Below, piece by piece: positions 46,401-54,775 of a DNA stretch of 64,000 nucleotides. Under the pieces are notes generated by a model. It worked only from the letters and a program-made list of their open reading frames with translations. It did not search any database and was not told the DNA's origin. Source of the stretch: an uncultured Gammaproteobacteria bacterium. GTDB lineage: Bacteria; Patescibacteriota; Microgenomatia; Levybacterales; GWA1-39-11. The stretch covers positions 25,307-89,306 of the forward strand of contig CAZAJO010000004.1 of NCBI GenBank assembly GCA_964485575.1, given 5' to 3'. Position 1 is the first letter of the stretch. Each line of letters starts with the position of its first letter. A program made the translations under genes and the position numbers.

Positions 46401-46898
46401 GAATCAGTGCGTATCTTTAGTCCAAACTCCTATATATTATCGGGTCAAAATCCGGAAAAAGAAGCGCTTTCTTATACAAAAACCGGAGATTTTGTATTTG
46501 AAACTAATGGAAAAGACAACTCCATAATCACGTTGTCAGAATCATACGACAAGGGCTGGAAGGCATATGAGATGAAGAACAAGGGAATACTTGCTTCAAT
46601 ATTTCCATTTATCTTTGGGAAAGAGGTAAAATCACACGTCTTAGTCAACAACTGGGCAAATGGCTGGATACTGGATAGCAAACAACAAACTTCAAACACT
46701 AAGCTAGCTTTAGTCTACCTACCTCAATATCTTGAGATTTTGGGGCTTTCACTTCTTGGGATTCCTTTACTTTTTATTCTCATTTCTTTGTATGAAAGAT
46801 TCATGCTGCCTATTACAACTAATGTGGATGCATTCTTTGATGTAAGAGCCAACATGCTTCGCCGGAAAATAAATAAAAGTCTTCATCCTAATTCCTAG
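43470..46898 (+). CDS. Large (1142 aa) polytopic membrane protein, possibly a YfhO/ArnT-like membrane glycosyltransferase
   Basis: About 12 N-terminal TM helices, then a large hydrophilic domain and a final TM helix. Overlaps the GT2 gene by 8 nt. Confidence 0.65.
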   Translation: MPNMNLVKKIWKNFSYYAVASFAYPLLLIVIEAVVFAANFTPKTYLIGWDNVMPEFNLKLNYLRALSAVWQDYRGLGTLDGMAHGANLFHVMYINLLSFFLPQNMLRYSFIGLTHLIGGIAFYYLAVKLFKNKHGAFLGALFYLFNLGVIQMYFAPLEVFAMHFAALPIMGLAILHAIKKKTRTSLFVLGAASLMTTPQAFVPTVFISYSLFVALLMVFSFKKTLIKRFILILGILFITNAFWLLPFSYTALFKSAVVQNTRINEFSSEEIYYRNKAKGNITDVMTLKGFMIDTIEYDSFKKENFNFMQKWLDQTKTVSFKIISSAIAGLMILGSFLVIRFRLKSLYPFLATNLITLVLLANNTPGLTMVNDGVRTIFPLFGEAFRFPFTKFITVFAFTYAMLFGLGVSFAIKFILNGFSSALNHIEFLKHRLKTLSFSLYLLAILILSASILWYAKPIFTGNFTSPFLRLSVPSDYQATMTYFNGQNPDGRILTFPLNSFWNWEYRNWGHRGSGFLWYGISQPLLIRAFDPWSNQNEQLYNEFATSYSNKDIASFDTLLKKYDVSFILIDKTVLNTISPKPVDYGEVEEFLSKSTLVKKDASFGTQLIYKSRKLPSKVAQLPLLNTINSYPATLQQSKDTLISSSGNYYVSAKNPDIITPLPSISTLKLQKENQFNWLYKNNVLTFSSKNVPFESKGRKILLPSLFKDEFLIPVSSSTGENTVTITPIYPNVVINGKSLTVPVTPIVIRTTNVTYPTKISFVDTNNTVEIGGDINSFLLNDFTNTIKISDGVNEEYATIDTTTVEKSPIVLDIPYDKISSFEISVPTFDTELGKANYVKNKQYIITKASDQSKIKNKTSNSKTTITKNGVGLETISDTTSLDIYLDTLYHAASYAVVGSINHKKGLPVNFYVDNPKESKPILETKMGNGQNIAIVTGTDTYSKGYGFHFGVKSVGTEIANTQINEVSIFPIPQKTIESVRIFSPNSYILSGQNPEKEALSYTKTGDFVFETNGKDNSIITLSESYDKGWKAYEMKNKGILASIFPFIFGKEVKSHVLVNNWANGWILDSKQQTSNTKLALVYLPQYLEILGLSLLGIPLLFILISLYERFMLPITTNVDAFFDVRANMLRRKINKSLHPNS

Positions 46899-47554
46899 AT
46901 TCTCCCCAAGTTATCCACATTTAATTTGTGTGTCAAAATATATTGATTTGATAGGCTAAAATGAATACATACTAACTCTAGGTCTACATCATAATATATC
47001 ACTTTTGTTATAGGTTGAAGAGGTTGACAAGATGTGTTATACTTTTGACAATTATGAAACTTTTTTCATTCACCACCAAAAAACGTTCCAAGAACAATAG
47101 AAGTAAAAGGATATTTGCGGACTATCAACAGGAGTCTGTAAATAACTACGGAAAACAACAATTAAAATCACTCATCAGTCGGGGCATTAGTGTCCAATGG
47201 TAGAGAACTGGTGAGGCAGGATCTTTTAAAATAACGGGTTTTAGTTAACAGTTAACTTTCTTTCTTTGACGAGGAGAAAGAAAAAGAGCATCGCTTTCGC
47301 TACTCATAAATAAATTCAAGTACGAAAAGCAATGCTCTTTTAACTGTTAGCTATTAGTCTTTAGGCAGGGTAAGACTATGCTAAGAATCAAATTAGCAAA
47401 TTCTACTCTTCCTTGTCAAGAAAACATGATGAAGCGGATTGTGATCATTTAGATTGTTAAATGAACACTTTTCACGAAGGGTATTTGGTCGGGAGTGAGT
47501 GAGTTGGGCAGGCTTTCTCACTTCCGATTAAGTACCCTTTTTTAGTACCCAAAA

Positions 47555-47735
47555 ATCATCGATTGCAGTTCTGAACTTGAGATTTAGATTGAACGAACGT
47601 CTCGACAGCCGAAAAGGCGGAGCGTACCCGCGAAGTCCGGGCTGTAGTGAGTGAATGAAAAATCGAGCGTTCAAGGCTGCATCTCGATGAGAGCTTTTGG
47701 TTCTTTTCTCGGAAGAAAAGAACAGAGTTATTTTG
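47555..47735. repeat. Structured non-coding repeat, family 2 copy 2, abutting the pyk stop codon
   Basis: Hairpin gttcttttc-tcggaa-gaaaagaac at 47700..47723, 4 nt from the pyk stop (47728..47730). The rest is collinear with copy 1. Confidence 0.5.
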
Positions 47736-49212
47736 AGGGGGAAATTACTTTAATTGTACTGACTCTACCTTCAACCATCCAGTTATCTCCGTAGAGAAGG
47801 ATATAATATTTACTTTCATCGAACACATCAATCTTTTTGAGATAACTTATTGCATTTTTCATATCATCCAGCTTCACTGGCTGCCCTTTTTTGAAAATCG
47901 TAGGTTGAACGAATGGGAATACACCATAATTTGCAGTTAGACTGTCACGTACTTTCTCATTTGGTGCAAAAACAAAAATCGGAGCCTCTGCTCTATATCT
48001 TGAAAGCTTGCGGGCTGTCCTACCACCTTCTGTGAAGACCACAAAGCCACCAAAATTGAAGTTTTTCTTACGGAACTGTAGATAGAGGTTATATGCGGTA
48101 TCACAAAGCATTTCTTCGGCATCTACGGTTATGAAATCGAAAGTGTTTCGTGTATCTTTGACAAGAACGTTCTTTTCATTAAAAACAATTGTTTTTTTCA
48201 TCATGGCAACTGCCTCCAAAGGATACTGTCCTGCAGCTGATTCTTCTGAAAGCATGACCATATCGGTCAAATCAAAAGCAGCGTTTGCTATGTCTGAGAT
48301 CTCAGCCCGTGTTGGGTAAGGTTTTTCTATCATGGAATGAATCATTTGAGTTGCAGTGATCACTGGAAAGCCTCTTTCCATACATTTTTTGATCATAATT
48401 TTCTGGTAATAAGGCACTTGTTCTATCGGTAATTCTACTCCCAAATCTCCTCGAGCAACCATAATTCCTTCAGATGCATCTATGACCTCATCTAGTGCAT
48501 CTATTGCTAGTTTTGTTTCTATTTTTGAGATGACACGACCGTGAAATCCAGTCTTTGCCATGAATTTCTTGAGATCAAAAACATCTTGAGCTGTTCTGAC
48601 GAATGAAAGAGCTACAAAATCAACAGGAGAACTGGCAAATCCTTTTATAGCTTCTTTGTCGCGTTCTGTAATAGCAGCCAAAGGAAAATAGACACCAGGT
48701 ACGCTTAGGGTCTTTCTTGTCTTGAGTGATCCATTGGAATGCGATAAAAGCGTAACAGCGTCTTTCCCTGCTTTTATAACTTCGAATTGGAATTTTCCGT
48801 CGTCTACAACTACTTTCTGGCCTTTCTCAAGGTAAGAAAGTACTATATCATCAGTCAAAGAAAAACTGTCGTTGTCTTTTTGCTGTTTTGTGATTGTTAT
48901 TTCACTACCTTTAACGATTGCAACCTCTGAACTTTGAGGTGTAACAAGTCTGATCTCTGGTCCTTGAAGATCAATAAGAACACCAATTGCACGATCCATT
49001 TTTTTTGCGATTGATTTGACTAAGCTAATTTTCTCTTTATGCCAGGAAAGTTCGTTGTGTTTGAGGTTGAATCGGAATATGTCTACACCCTCTTCGATGA
49101 GCTTTTTGATCATTTCTTCACTCTCTGAGGCTGGACCAATGGTTGCTATTATTTTTGTATATTCGTGTACGTTTAGTTTTTGCATGTTAAAGACGAAAAA
49201 AGCGGCATCCAC
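47728..49212 (-). CDS. pyk: Pyruvate kinase
   Basis: IIATIGPASESEEMIKKLIEEGVDIFRFNLKHN and MVARGDLGVELP motifs. Confidence 0.85.
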   Translation of the reverse strand: MDAAFFVFNMQKLNVHEYTKIIATIGPASESEEMIKKLIEEGVDIFRFNLKHNELSWHKEKISLVKSIAKKMDRAIGVLIDLQGPEIRLVTPQSSEVAIVKGSEITITKQQKDNDSFSLTDDIVLSYLEKGQKVVVDDGKFQFEVIKAGKDAVTLLSHSNGSLKTRKTLSVPGVYFPLAAITERDKEAIKGFASSPVDFVALSFVRTAQDVFDLKKFMAKTGFHGRVISKIETKLAIDALDEVIDASEGIMVARGDLGVELPIEQVPYYQKIMIKKCMERGFPVITATQMIHSMIEKPYPTRAEISDIANAAFDLTDMVMLSEESAAGQYPLEAVAMMKKTIVFNEKNVLVKDTRNTFDFITVDAEEMLCDTAYNLYLQFRKKNFNFGGFVVFTEGGRTARKLSRYRAEAPIFVFAPNEKVRDSLTANYGVFPFVQPTIFKKGQPVKLDDMKNAISYLKKIDVFDESKYYILLYGDNWMVEGRVSTIKVISPSK

Positions 49213-49273
49213 TTGATACCGCCACGGTCAATATTGTACTATATTTTTTCTAATCAATCAAGCACTTTGCCTT

Positions 49274-50074
49274 CTAATTCACTATCTTTCCGAAAAATAT
49301 CCTTCCAACGTCTGTTTGGATTACCCGCGAGATGATAACTTTTACAGTTTCGTCTATCATACTTTCTCCTTCTTCAACTACCACCATCGTTCCATCGGGT
49401 AAATACCCTACTCCTTGCCTGTCACCTTTTCCTTTTTGGATAACTTTGATGAAGAAGGCTTCTCCGGGAAGGGCTGTAGTCTTTAGTACATTTGCCATTT
49501 CGTACATATCAATTGCAGTCACTCCTGAAATCTGGGCTTTCTTCGATAGGTTGAAATCGCAGGTGATGATTTTACCTTTCGTTTTCTTAGAGGCTTCAAT
49601 AATACGCTCATCTACTGGTTTTTTTATCGATGCATCGTCGTATGTTTCAAAAAGAACCCCTTTGCTCTTTCTCAAGATCTCAAGAAGAGTCAATCCTTTT
49701 CTCCCCCGCTCTTTTTTTAATTCATCTTTTGAATCAGCAATATGCTTTAGTTCATCCAACACTCCGTCTAAAACAACAAAGGTTCCTGTAAAAACGCCTA
49801 AGCGTATGAGTTCAAAAACTCTGGCGTCTATGATTGCTGATGTATCAAGGAATAATGGGTTATCGAGTTTTTTTTGTGAATCAGGTGTTGAAGGTGCTCT
49901 TTTGAGCCTATTTGAGACCCTCATAGCTACCTCTTCCGCAATCTGACTAACAACGCGCTGAGGAAGCAGTATTCCTTCAAGAATTCTATTGGCTTCGTGG
50001 ACGTGTGGAACGACTGCCGCTTTTGTAGATTTTTTAACAACTTTCTTTGATGATTGTGTTTTTTCTTTGGCCAT
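49274..50074 (-). CDS. PIN + TRAM domain protein (YacL-like)
   Basis: PIN acidic core LFLDTSAIIDARVFE...VVLDGVLDELK. C-terminal TRAM-like beta-barrel VGYLPDGTMVVVEEG. Confidence 0.7.
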   Translation of the reverse strand: MAKEKTQSSKKVVKKSTKAAVVPHVHEANRILEGILLPQRVVSQIAEEVAMRVSNRLKRAPSTPDSQKKLDNPLFLDTSAIIDARVFELIRLGVFTGTFVVLDGVLDELKHIADSKDELKKERGRKGLTLLEILRKSKGVLFETYDDASIKKPVDERIIEASKKTKGKIITCDFNLSKKAQISGVTAIDMYEMANVLKTTALPGEAFFIKVIQKGKGDRQGVGYLPDGTMVVVEEGESMIDETVKVIISRVIQTDVGRIFFGKIVN

Positions 50075-50117
50075 ACAATAATGATTTTACTTATTCCTAA
50101 CTGAAATCCAGCTGAAT

Positions 50118-51470
50118 CTAGCTTTTTGCTGATGCTAGATTGAGTGCTTTTTTCAAGAATGGAGCTGATTTGAATGTAATGATATTCTTATACCCAAACT
50201 TAACAGCTTCTTTTTCCCGTTTCTCCAAGTTTATCACGCCTTTCGTCTCACCTAAAAGTCCCACTTCGGCGATCGCCACCGTTGAATTTAAAGTAAACCC
50301 TTTGATGCTTGAAGCAATCGCTAGACAAATTGCAAGGTCAGATGCAGTCTCGGAAATCTTGAGTCCCCCGACAACATTAACGAAAACATCGTATTTATCA
50401 GTACTTATTGTACCATGACGTTGTAATACGGCGAGTAAGAGTTCAAGTCTTCTATCGGCAATTCCTTGAGCAACCCGTCTTGGAAATGCCAACTGTGAAG
50501 GAACGGTCAATGCCTGCACCTCAACGAGTAATGGCCGTGACCCTTCCATAACTACTGTTATACAAGAACCGGGGACTGTTTTTTCATTTGTTCCAAGAAA
50601 AAAATCCTTTACATTTGCTATTTCTGAAAGCCCTTTTTCCTCCATGATAAATATTCCGACCTCACTTGTATCACCAAATCTATTTTTAAGAGCCCTTAAA
50701 ATTCTTGTCCCAGTCAATGATTCACCCTCAAGATAGAGTACGCAGTCAACCATATGAGCCAAAAGCTGCGGACCTGCAATCGTACCCTCTTTTGTGACGT
50801 GTCCTATAAAAAAGACAGGAATCTGGCTGCTCTTTGCAAAATTAACCAACTTCATTGTTGAATATCGTAGCTGTGGCAATGAGCCTGGAAATCCGGTAGC
50901 ATCATCCGATGAAACAGTCTGGATGGAATCTATGATCAGAAGGTCTACTTTTTTGTCGGTAGCCGTTGCTACTGCCTGATCAATATCTGTACTTGAAAGT
51001 ATAAAAAGGTCTTGATTTGAAAGTATCTTTTCACTCGCTATTCTTTCTGCTCTAATGCGGATTTGTGACTCACTTTCCTCTCCACTAACGTAAAGCACCT
51101 TCTTACCACTTCCGGCAATATTTAATGCAATCTGAAGCATTATGGTAGATTTCCCTATCCCAGGATCTCCAGATAATAGAATAACCTCTCCTGGAACAAT
51201 TCCTTGAAATTTTTCTTTACCTCCCAAAACGCGATCGAATTCCGAAATTGTTGTTGTGATGCGGGACAATTGTGTACTTTTGATTTGTCCGATTTTCTGT
51301 ACATTTTGAGGCATGACAGGACTTTTTCGACTGGTGACTCCACCCTTTGGTTTTTCTGGAAGGACCATTTCTTGGAATGTATTCCAACTCTGACAATCGG
51401 GACAAAGACCTAACCATTTAGAGGATTCATTACCGCAGTTGTTGCATACGAATATTCTTTTAGCAGCCAT
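50118..51470 (-). CDS. radA: DNA repair protein RadA/Sms
   Basis: N-terminal C4 zinc finger CNNCGNESSKWLGLCPDCQSWNTF, Walker A GDPGIGKST, KNRFG motif, Lon-like C-terminal domain. Confidence 0.9.
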   Translation of the reverse strand: MAAKRIFVCNNCGNESSKWLGLCPDCQSWNTFQEMVLPEKPKGGVTSRKSPVMPQNVQKIGQIKSTQLSRITTTISEFDRVLGGKEKFQGIVPGEVILLSGDPGIGKSTIMLQIALNIAGSGKKVLYVSGEESESQIRIRAERIASEKILSNQDLFILSSTDIDQAVATATDKKVDLLIIDSIQTVSSDDATGFPGSLPQLRYSTMKLVNFAKSSQIPVFFIGHVTKEGTIAGPQLLAHMVDCVLYLEGESLTGTRILRALKNRFGDTSEVGIFIMEEKGLSEIANVKDFFLGTNEKTVPGSCITVVMEGSRPLLVEVQALTVPSQLAFPRRVAQGIADRRLELLLAVLQRHGTISTDKYDVFVNVVGGLKISETASDLAICLAIASSIKGFTLNSTVAIAEVGLLGETKGVINLEKREKEAVKFGYKNIITFKSAPFLKKALNLASAKS

Positions 51471-52561
51471 TATCTATATCCTATCACTTTAGTCTTCAAG
51501 ACTGGGGAAACAAGTATGAGTCTCTTTTTGTCGTCAAAATCAGTCACTTCAACTTCAACCTTATCATCTTTCTTGTATTCTTTGTCTGTAGGGATCTTTG
51601 AAGACGAAATAAATGCAGTGACGTTTTCCTCAACTTGAAGAGTAATTCCTTTTGATTTAACATCAACTACAGTTGCGGTTAATGTGTCCTCCTTTTTATA
51701 TTTCTTTTTAACGTCTTCAAAATTATCTTTCTCCAAGCGCTTCAATGAAAGATTGACTCGTTTGTTTTCGACATCAACTCCAATTATTTGAGTCTCAAGA
51801 GTCTGTCCGATCTTAAATTTACCCTCAAGTCCCTCTACTCTTTGGTGGCTTACTTCTGAAATATGGATAAACCCTTCTATCAAAATGCCTTCACGGGGGG
51901 ATACTTCAAGATAGATTCCATAAGGTGTGACAAGGGTTACAAGTGCTTTTACAACAGTATCTCTCTTTACTTCTTTCTCAATCTCTGAAATATTCATGAG
52001 GTAGTGAGTTGCCTTTTGAGAAACGATTACTCTTTTCTTCTCACGGTCAAATTCAATTACTTTAACATCAACTGAATCCCCTTGCATAAGTCTTGCATCC
52101 AAAAGTTGGGAATTAGGAAGAAAACCCTTGATCCCCTCTTTTGTTTCGATGAAGTATCCGCCACGAGTTACCTCAAGTACATAAGCTTTGAGCGTCGTAT
52201 CGGCTTTAAACACTCCTTCAAGCGCTCCGTATACTTTCTCTTCCAACATCCGTCTCAAAGAAAGGACAGGAAATCCTTCCTCAGACTCGGGTGAAATGAC
52301 GCTTGCAGTGACTGTATCTCCGACTTTAAGAAGACCCAAAAGGTTCTCCATATTCTGCTTGTCGTATTCGATAACCAAAGCATCTGACTTATAACCGATA
52401 TCAAGAAGTATTTCTTTTGGAGTTAGTTTTTTAACTACCCCCTTAACATTATCTCCTCTTTTAAGAGACTGAAATTGTGAAGACTGGCGAGACATTAACT
52501 CGGCCATTGATGTGGCTTTACCCGAATGGGCGTTACCCTTTGAAGATGATACGTCGGACAT
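51470..52561 (-). CDS. rpsA: Ribosomal protein S1 homologue (four S1 domains)
   Basis: Four repeated S1 OB-fold units (GxV.G.V..I...G.FV). Directly upstream of radA. Confidence 0.75.
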   Translation of the reverse strand: MSDVSSSKGNAHSGKATSMAELMSRQSSQFQSLKRGDNVKGVVKKLTPKEILLDIGYKSDALVIEYDKQNMENLLGLLKVGDTVTASVISPESEEGFPVLSLRRMLEEKVYGALEGVFKADTTLKAYVLEVTRGGYFIETKEGIKGFLPNSQLLDARLMQGDSVDVKVIEFDREKKRVIVSQKATHYLMNISEIEKEVKRDTVVKALVTLVTPYGIYLEVSPREGILIEGFIHISEVSHQRVEGLEGKFKIGQTLETQIIGVDVENKRVNLSLKRLEKDNFEDVKKKYKKEDTLTATVVDVKSKGITLQVEENVTAFISSSKIPTDKEYKKDDKVEVEVTDFDDKKRLILVSPVLKTKVIGYR

Positions 52562-52664
52562 ATATATAATTTCCTTTCATGTTAGATGAGGTTATTTTAC
52601 CACACACTACCCTATGTTGCAAAAGAAAAAGAAGTGATATACTCTTTCAATTCTGCCCATATCT

Positions 52665-54089
52665 ATGAGCGCGGAAAAACCATCAAGATTTGAAGTTATA
52701 CAATCAGCCCTAGCACATTCTAGGGAAATAGTAGCAGCTGGACCAACTGAGGAAATTCCAATATTCACAATAGAAGGATTGGCCGACACATCAATACCCC
52801 TACTTGAACAATTGGAAATCCATGAGGAGCATGTAATCAATCCGGATGGTGAATCTGCTCCACATATCGACAAAATAAATACTCCATTCAGACGGGAGTT
52901 ATATCATCAACTCTATTCTTCTGCACAACGAGGCATATTACCCACAAGAGATGCTCTTGTTTTTGCTCTCTTTATTGATGAGCTTAACAATGGGATGGAT
53001 AGACGTGAAGCTGTTGCATTAACTAACGATAATATTAAAAGCCTAACGGGCACACTAGGCAAAAACGGAGTTGAAGTGGTTTCAAAAGCTGGACATAAAG
53101 GGGTATATTACAATCTGCCAAAGTTTTATAAAGAACCGGCTGAAATAACCACAGAAGCTGAAAAACCACAGATGTCAGAATTATTTCCTGAGATTCCAAA
53201 TGAGGAGATTTCTTCATATATCTCACTTTTTCAGGAAGGGACAGCAACTCGAGCATATATTCAATATGCTGCTGACCTAATAGCTAAGGGTATTTATCCT
53301 AACGCCGATACAACGAGAAAGCACTTTTTTGAAAATGGGTACACCCTAAAAAATCATGAAAATTCAGTAGCATACTTGAGATTTAGATTTAGACAAATAG
53401 CCTTAGATAGAAGACAGAAAGAACCTTCAGTAGACGAAACAAATCAGACTAGCAAGTCTACATCTCCGGGGATAGAAGGTTTTTTTAAAGGAATTCCAAA
53501 TGCAGATCTCCCAGATCCGGATGATGTCTTTAGACCAAACACGCTCTCCCATAAATACTTTACCTTCGTGAGAAATCAAATCAAAGACGGTGTTCTTCCA
53601 ACTCTACATGACGTCAAAAGTTACCTATCTGAATCTGGAGCTTCGATTGAGCATTTTGAGCAGATAAGAACTTCTGTGGAAAAGAAGGTTCGTGAATCAC
53701 TCGGACCTTCATTTGATGCTTGGAAATCGAAAAGAGAAATCGTGAACGGTTTCCCAGTTATTATTGCTCCTGAAAGGCCTCATTCTGAAGAACAAGTTCA
53801 AAAACAAAGCGCTGATGATGAAATGCAAAGGGTAAGCATTCAGTTCATGCGTCCGGATCTGAAAGTAGTCGCTTCTACTGTGTTTGATAGAACGGCCGGT
53901 AAATCAATCAGCCAAAGCGATTGGATAGCTGAAATACGAAAAGAAAATCCAAATATATTTATCGGCCCAACAGATCTTCCAAGACTTATTCAGGAAATGA
54001 GAGAAGAGGGAAATATCAAAGTTATATCTTTTGTTAGTGATGGGGTTACTTATTATTACCGTAGGTCGGACAATATAAAAAGAATCTGA
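52665..54089 (+). CDS. Hypothetical cytoplasmic protein (474 aa); paralogous N-terminal module shared with 54776..56713
   Basis: Long ORF with native codon usage. ALVFALFIDELNN...NDNIKSLTGTLGKNGVEV parallels SVALIALANEIAAGLSISDAEFKVSNNIYAQRKSFFKNHGIEI in the downstream gene. Confidence 0.5.
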   Translation: MSAEKPSRFEVIQSALAHSREIVAAGPTEEIPIFTIEGLADTSIPLLEQLEIHEEHVINPDGESAPHIDKINTPFRRELYHQLYSSAQRGILPTRDALVFALFIDELNNGMDRREAVALTNDNIKSLTGTLGKNGVEVVSKAGHKGVYYNLPKFYKEPAEITTEAEKPQMSELFPEIPNEEISSYISLFQEGTATRAYIQYAADLIAKGIYPNADTTRKHFFENGYTLKNHENSVAYLRFRFRQIALDRRQKEPSVDETNQTSKSTSPGIEGFFKGIPNADLPDPDDVFRPNTLSHKYFTFVRNQIKDGVLPTLHDVKSYLSESGASIEHFEQIRTSVEKKVRESLGPSFDAWKSKREIVNGFPVIIAPERPHSEEQVQKQSADDEMQRVSIQFMRPDLKVVASTVFDRTAGKSISQSDWIAEIRKENPNIFIGPTDLPRLIQEMREEGNIKVISFVSDGVTYYYRRSDNIKRI

Positions 54090-54101
54090 TATTATAAAAA
54101 G

Positions 54102-54707
54102 ATGGAAGGTTTTCTTGTTGGTATTATTATTTTAGTGTTCTCAGCGATCCTTCATGAGGTTGCTCATGGGTTTGTCGCTGATAGGCTTGGTGATCCAACG
54201 GCTCGGCTCGCTGGACGTCTGACTCTAAATCCACTACCCCACATAGATCCTATTATGAGTATTGCTGTCCCACTTCTTCTTATCCTCTCCCATTCGCCTC
54301 TTATTTTTGGTGCAGCACGGCCAGTGCCAGTCAATCCTCTCATGCTTCGGGAAGGAAGAAAGGACGTTGCCCTTGTTGCCCTTGCCGGGCCACTGACTAA
54401 CCTTCTTCTTGCATTGACTGGAGCACTACTACTCAAGCTTTTGGGCGGATTTATTCCTCAGATAGTACCAGTACTTACAATTGTAGTTTTTTATAACCTT
54501 GCACTCGGATTTCTGAACCTTATTCCAATTCCACCTTTAGACGGATCAAAATTTTTCTCTATCATCCTACCGGAAAGGGCTGCACAACAGTATTTTGCCT
54601 TGGCTCCTTTCGGAATATTTTTACTATTTCTACTTCTTTTAGCTACTCCGTTAGGTGATATTCTAAACGTATTGATCTTTAACTCTCTTCACGTTCTGGG
54701 GATTTAA
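54102..54707 (+). CDS. Site-2-protease-like zinc metalloprotease (peptidase M50 family), membrane-embedded
   Basis: HEVAHG (HExxH) in the first TM helix and the LNLIPIPPLDGSK motif. Confidence 0.7.
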   Translation: MEGFLVGIIILVFSAILHEVAHGFVADRLGDPTARLAGRLTLNPLPHIDPIMSIAVPLLLILSHSPLIFGAARPVPVNPLMLREGRKDVALVALAGPLTNLLLALTGALLLKLLGGFIPQIVPVLTIVVFYNLALGFLNLIPIPPLDGSKFFSIILPERAAQQYFALAPFGIFLLFLLLLATPLGDILNVLIFNSLHVLGI

Positions 54708-54775
54708 TAACAAATCTTAAAAAGCCTTGTGCAACAACGTTTTTACTGATATATTCATCCCAACCAAATTTAATT

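Noticed and set aside
47170-47240. tRNA-like fragment (UCCAAUGGUAGAGAAC resembles a D-arm)
   Set aside because: No acceptor stem, no anticodon arm, and no T-loop GTTCGAATC-type motif can be completed. No tRNA was found anywhere in the window.
52607-52873. 88-aa minus-strand ORF overlapping the start of the 474-aa gene
   Set aside because: It is Cys/Ser-rich low-complexity, antisense to a strong long ORF, with no RBS context.
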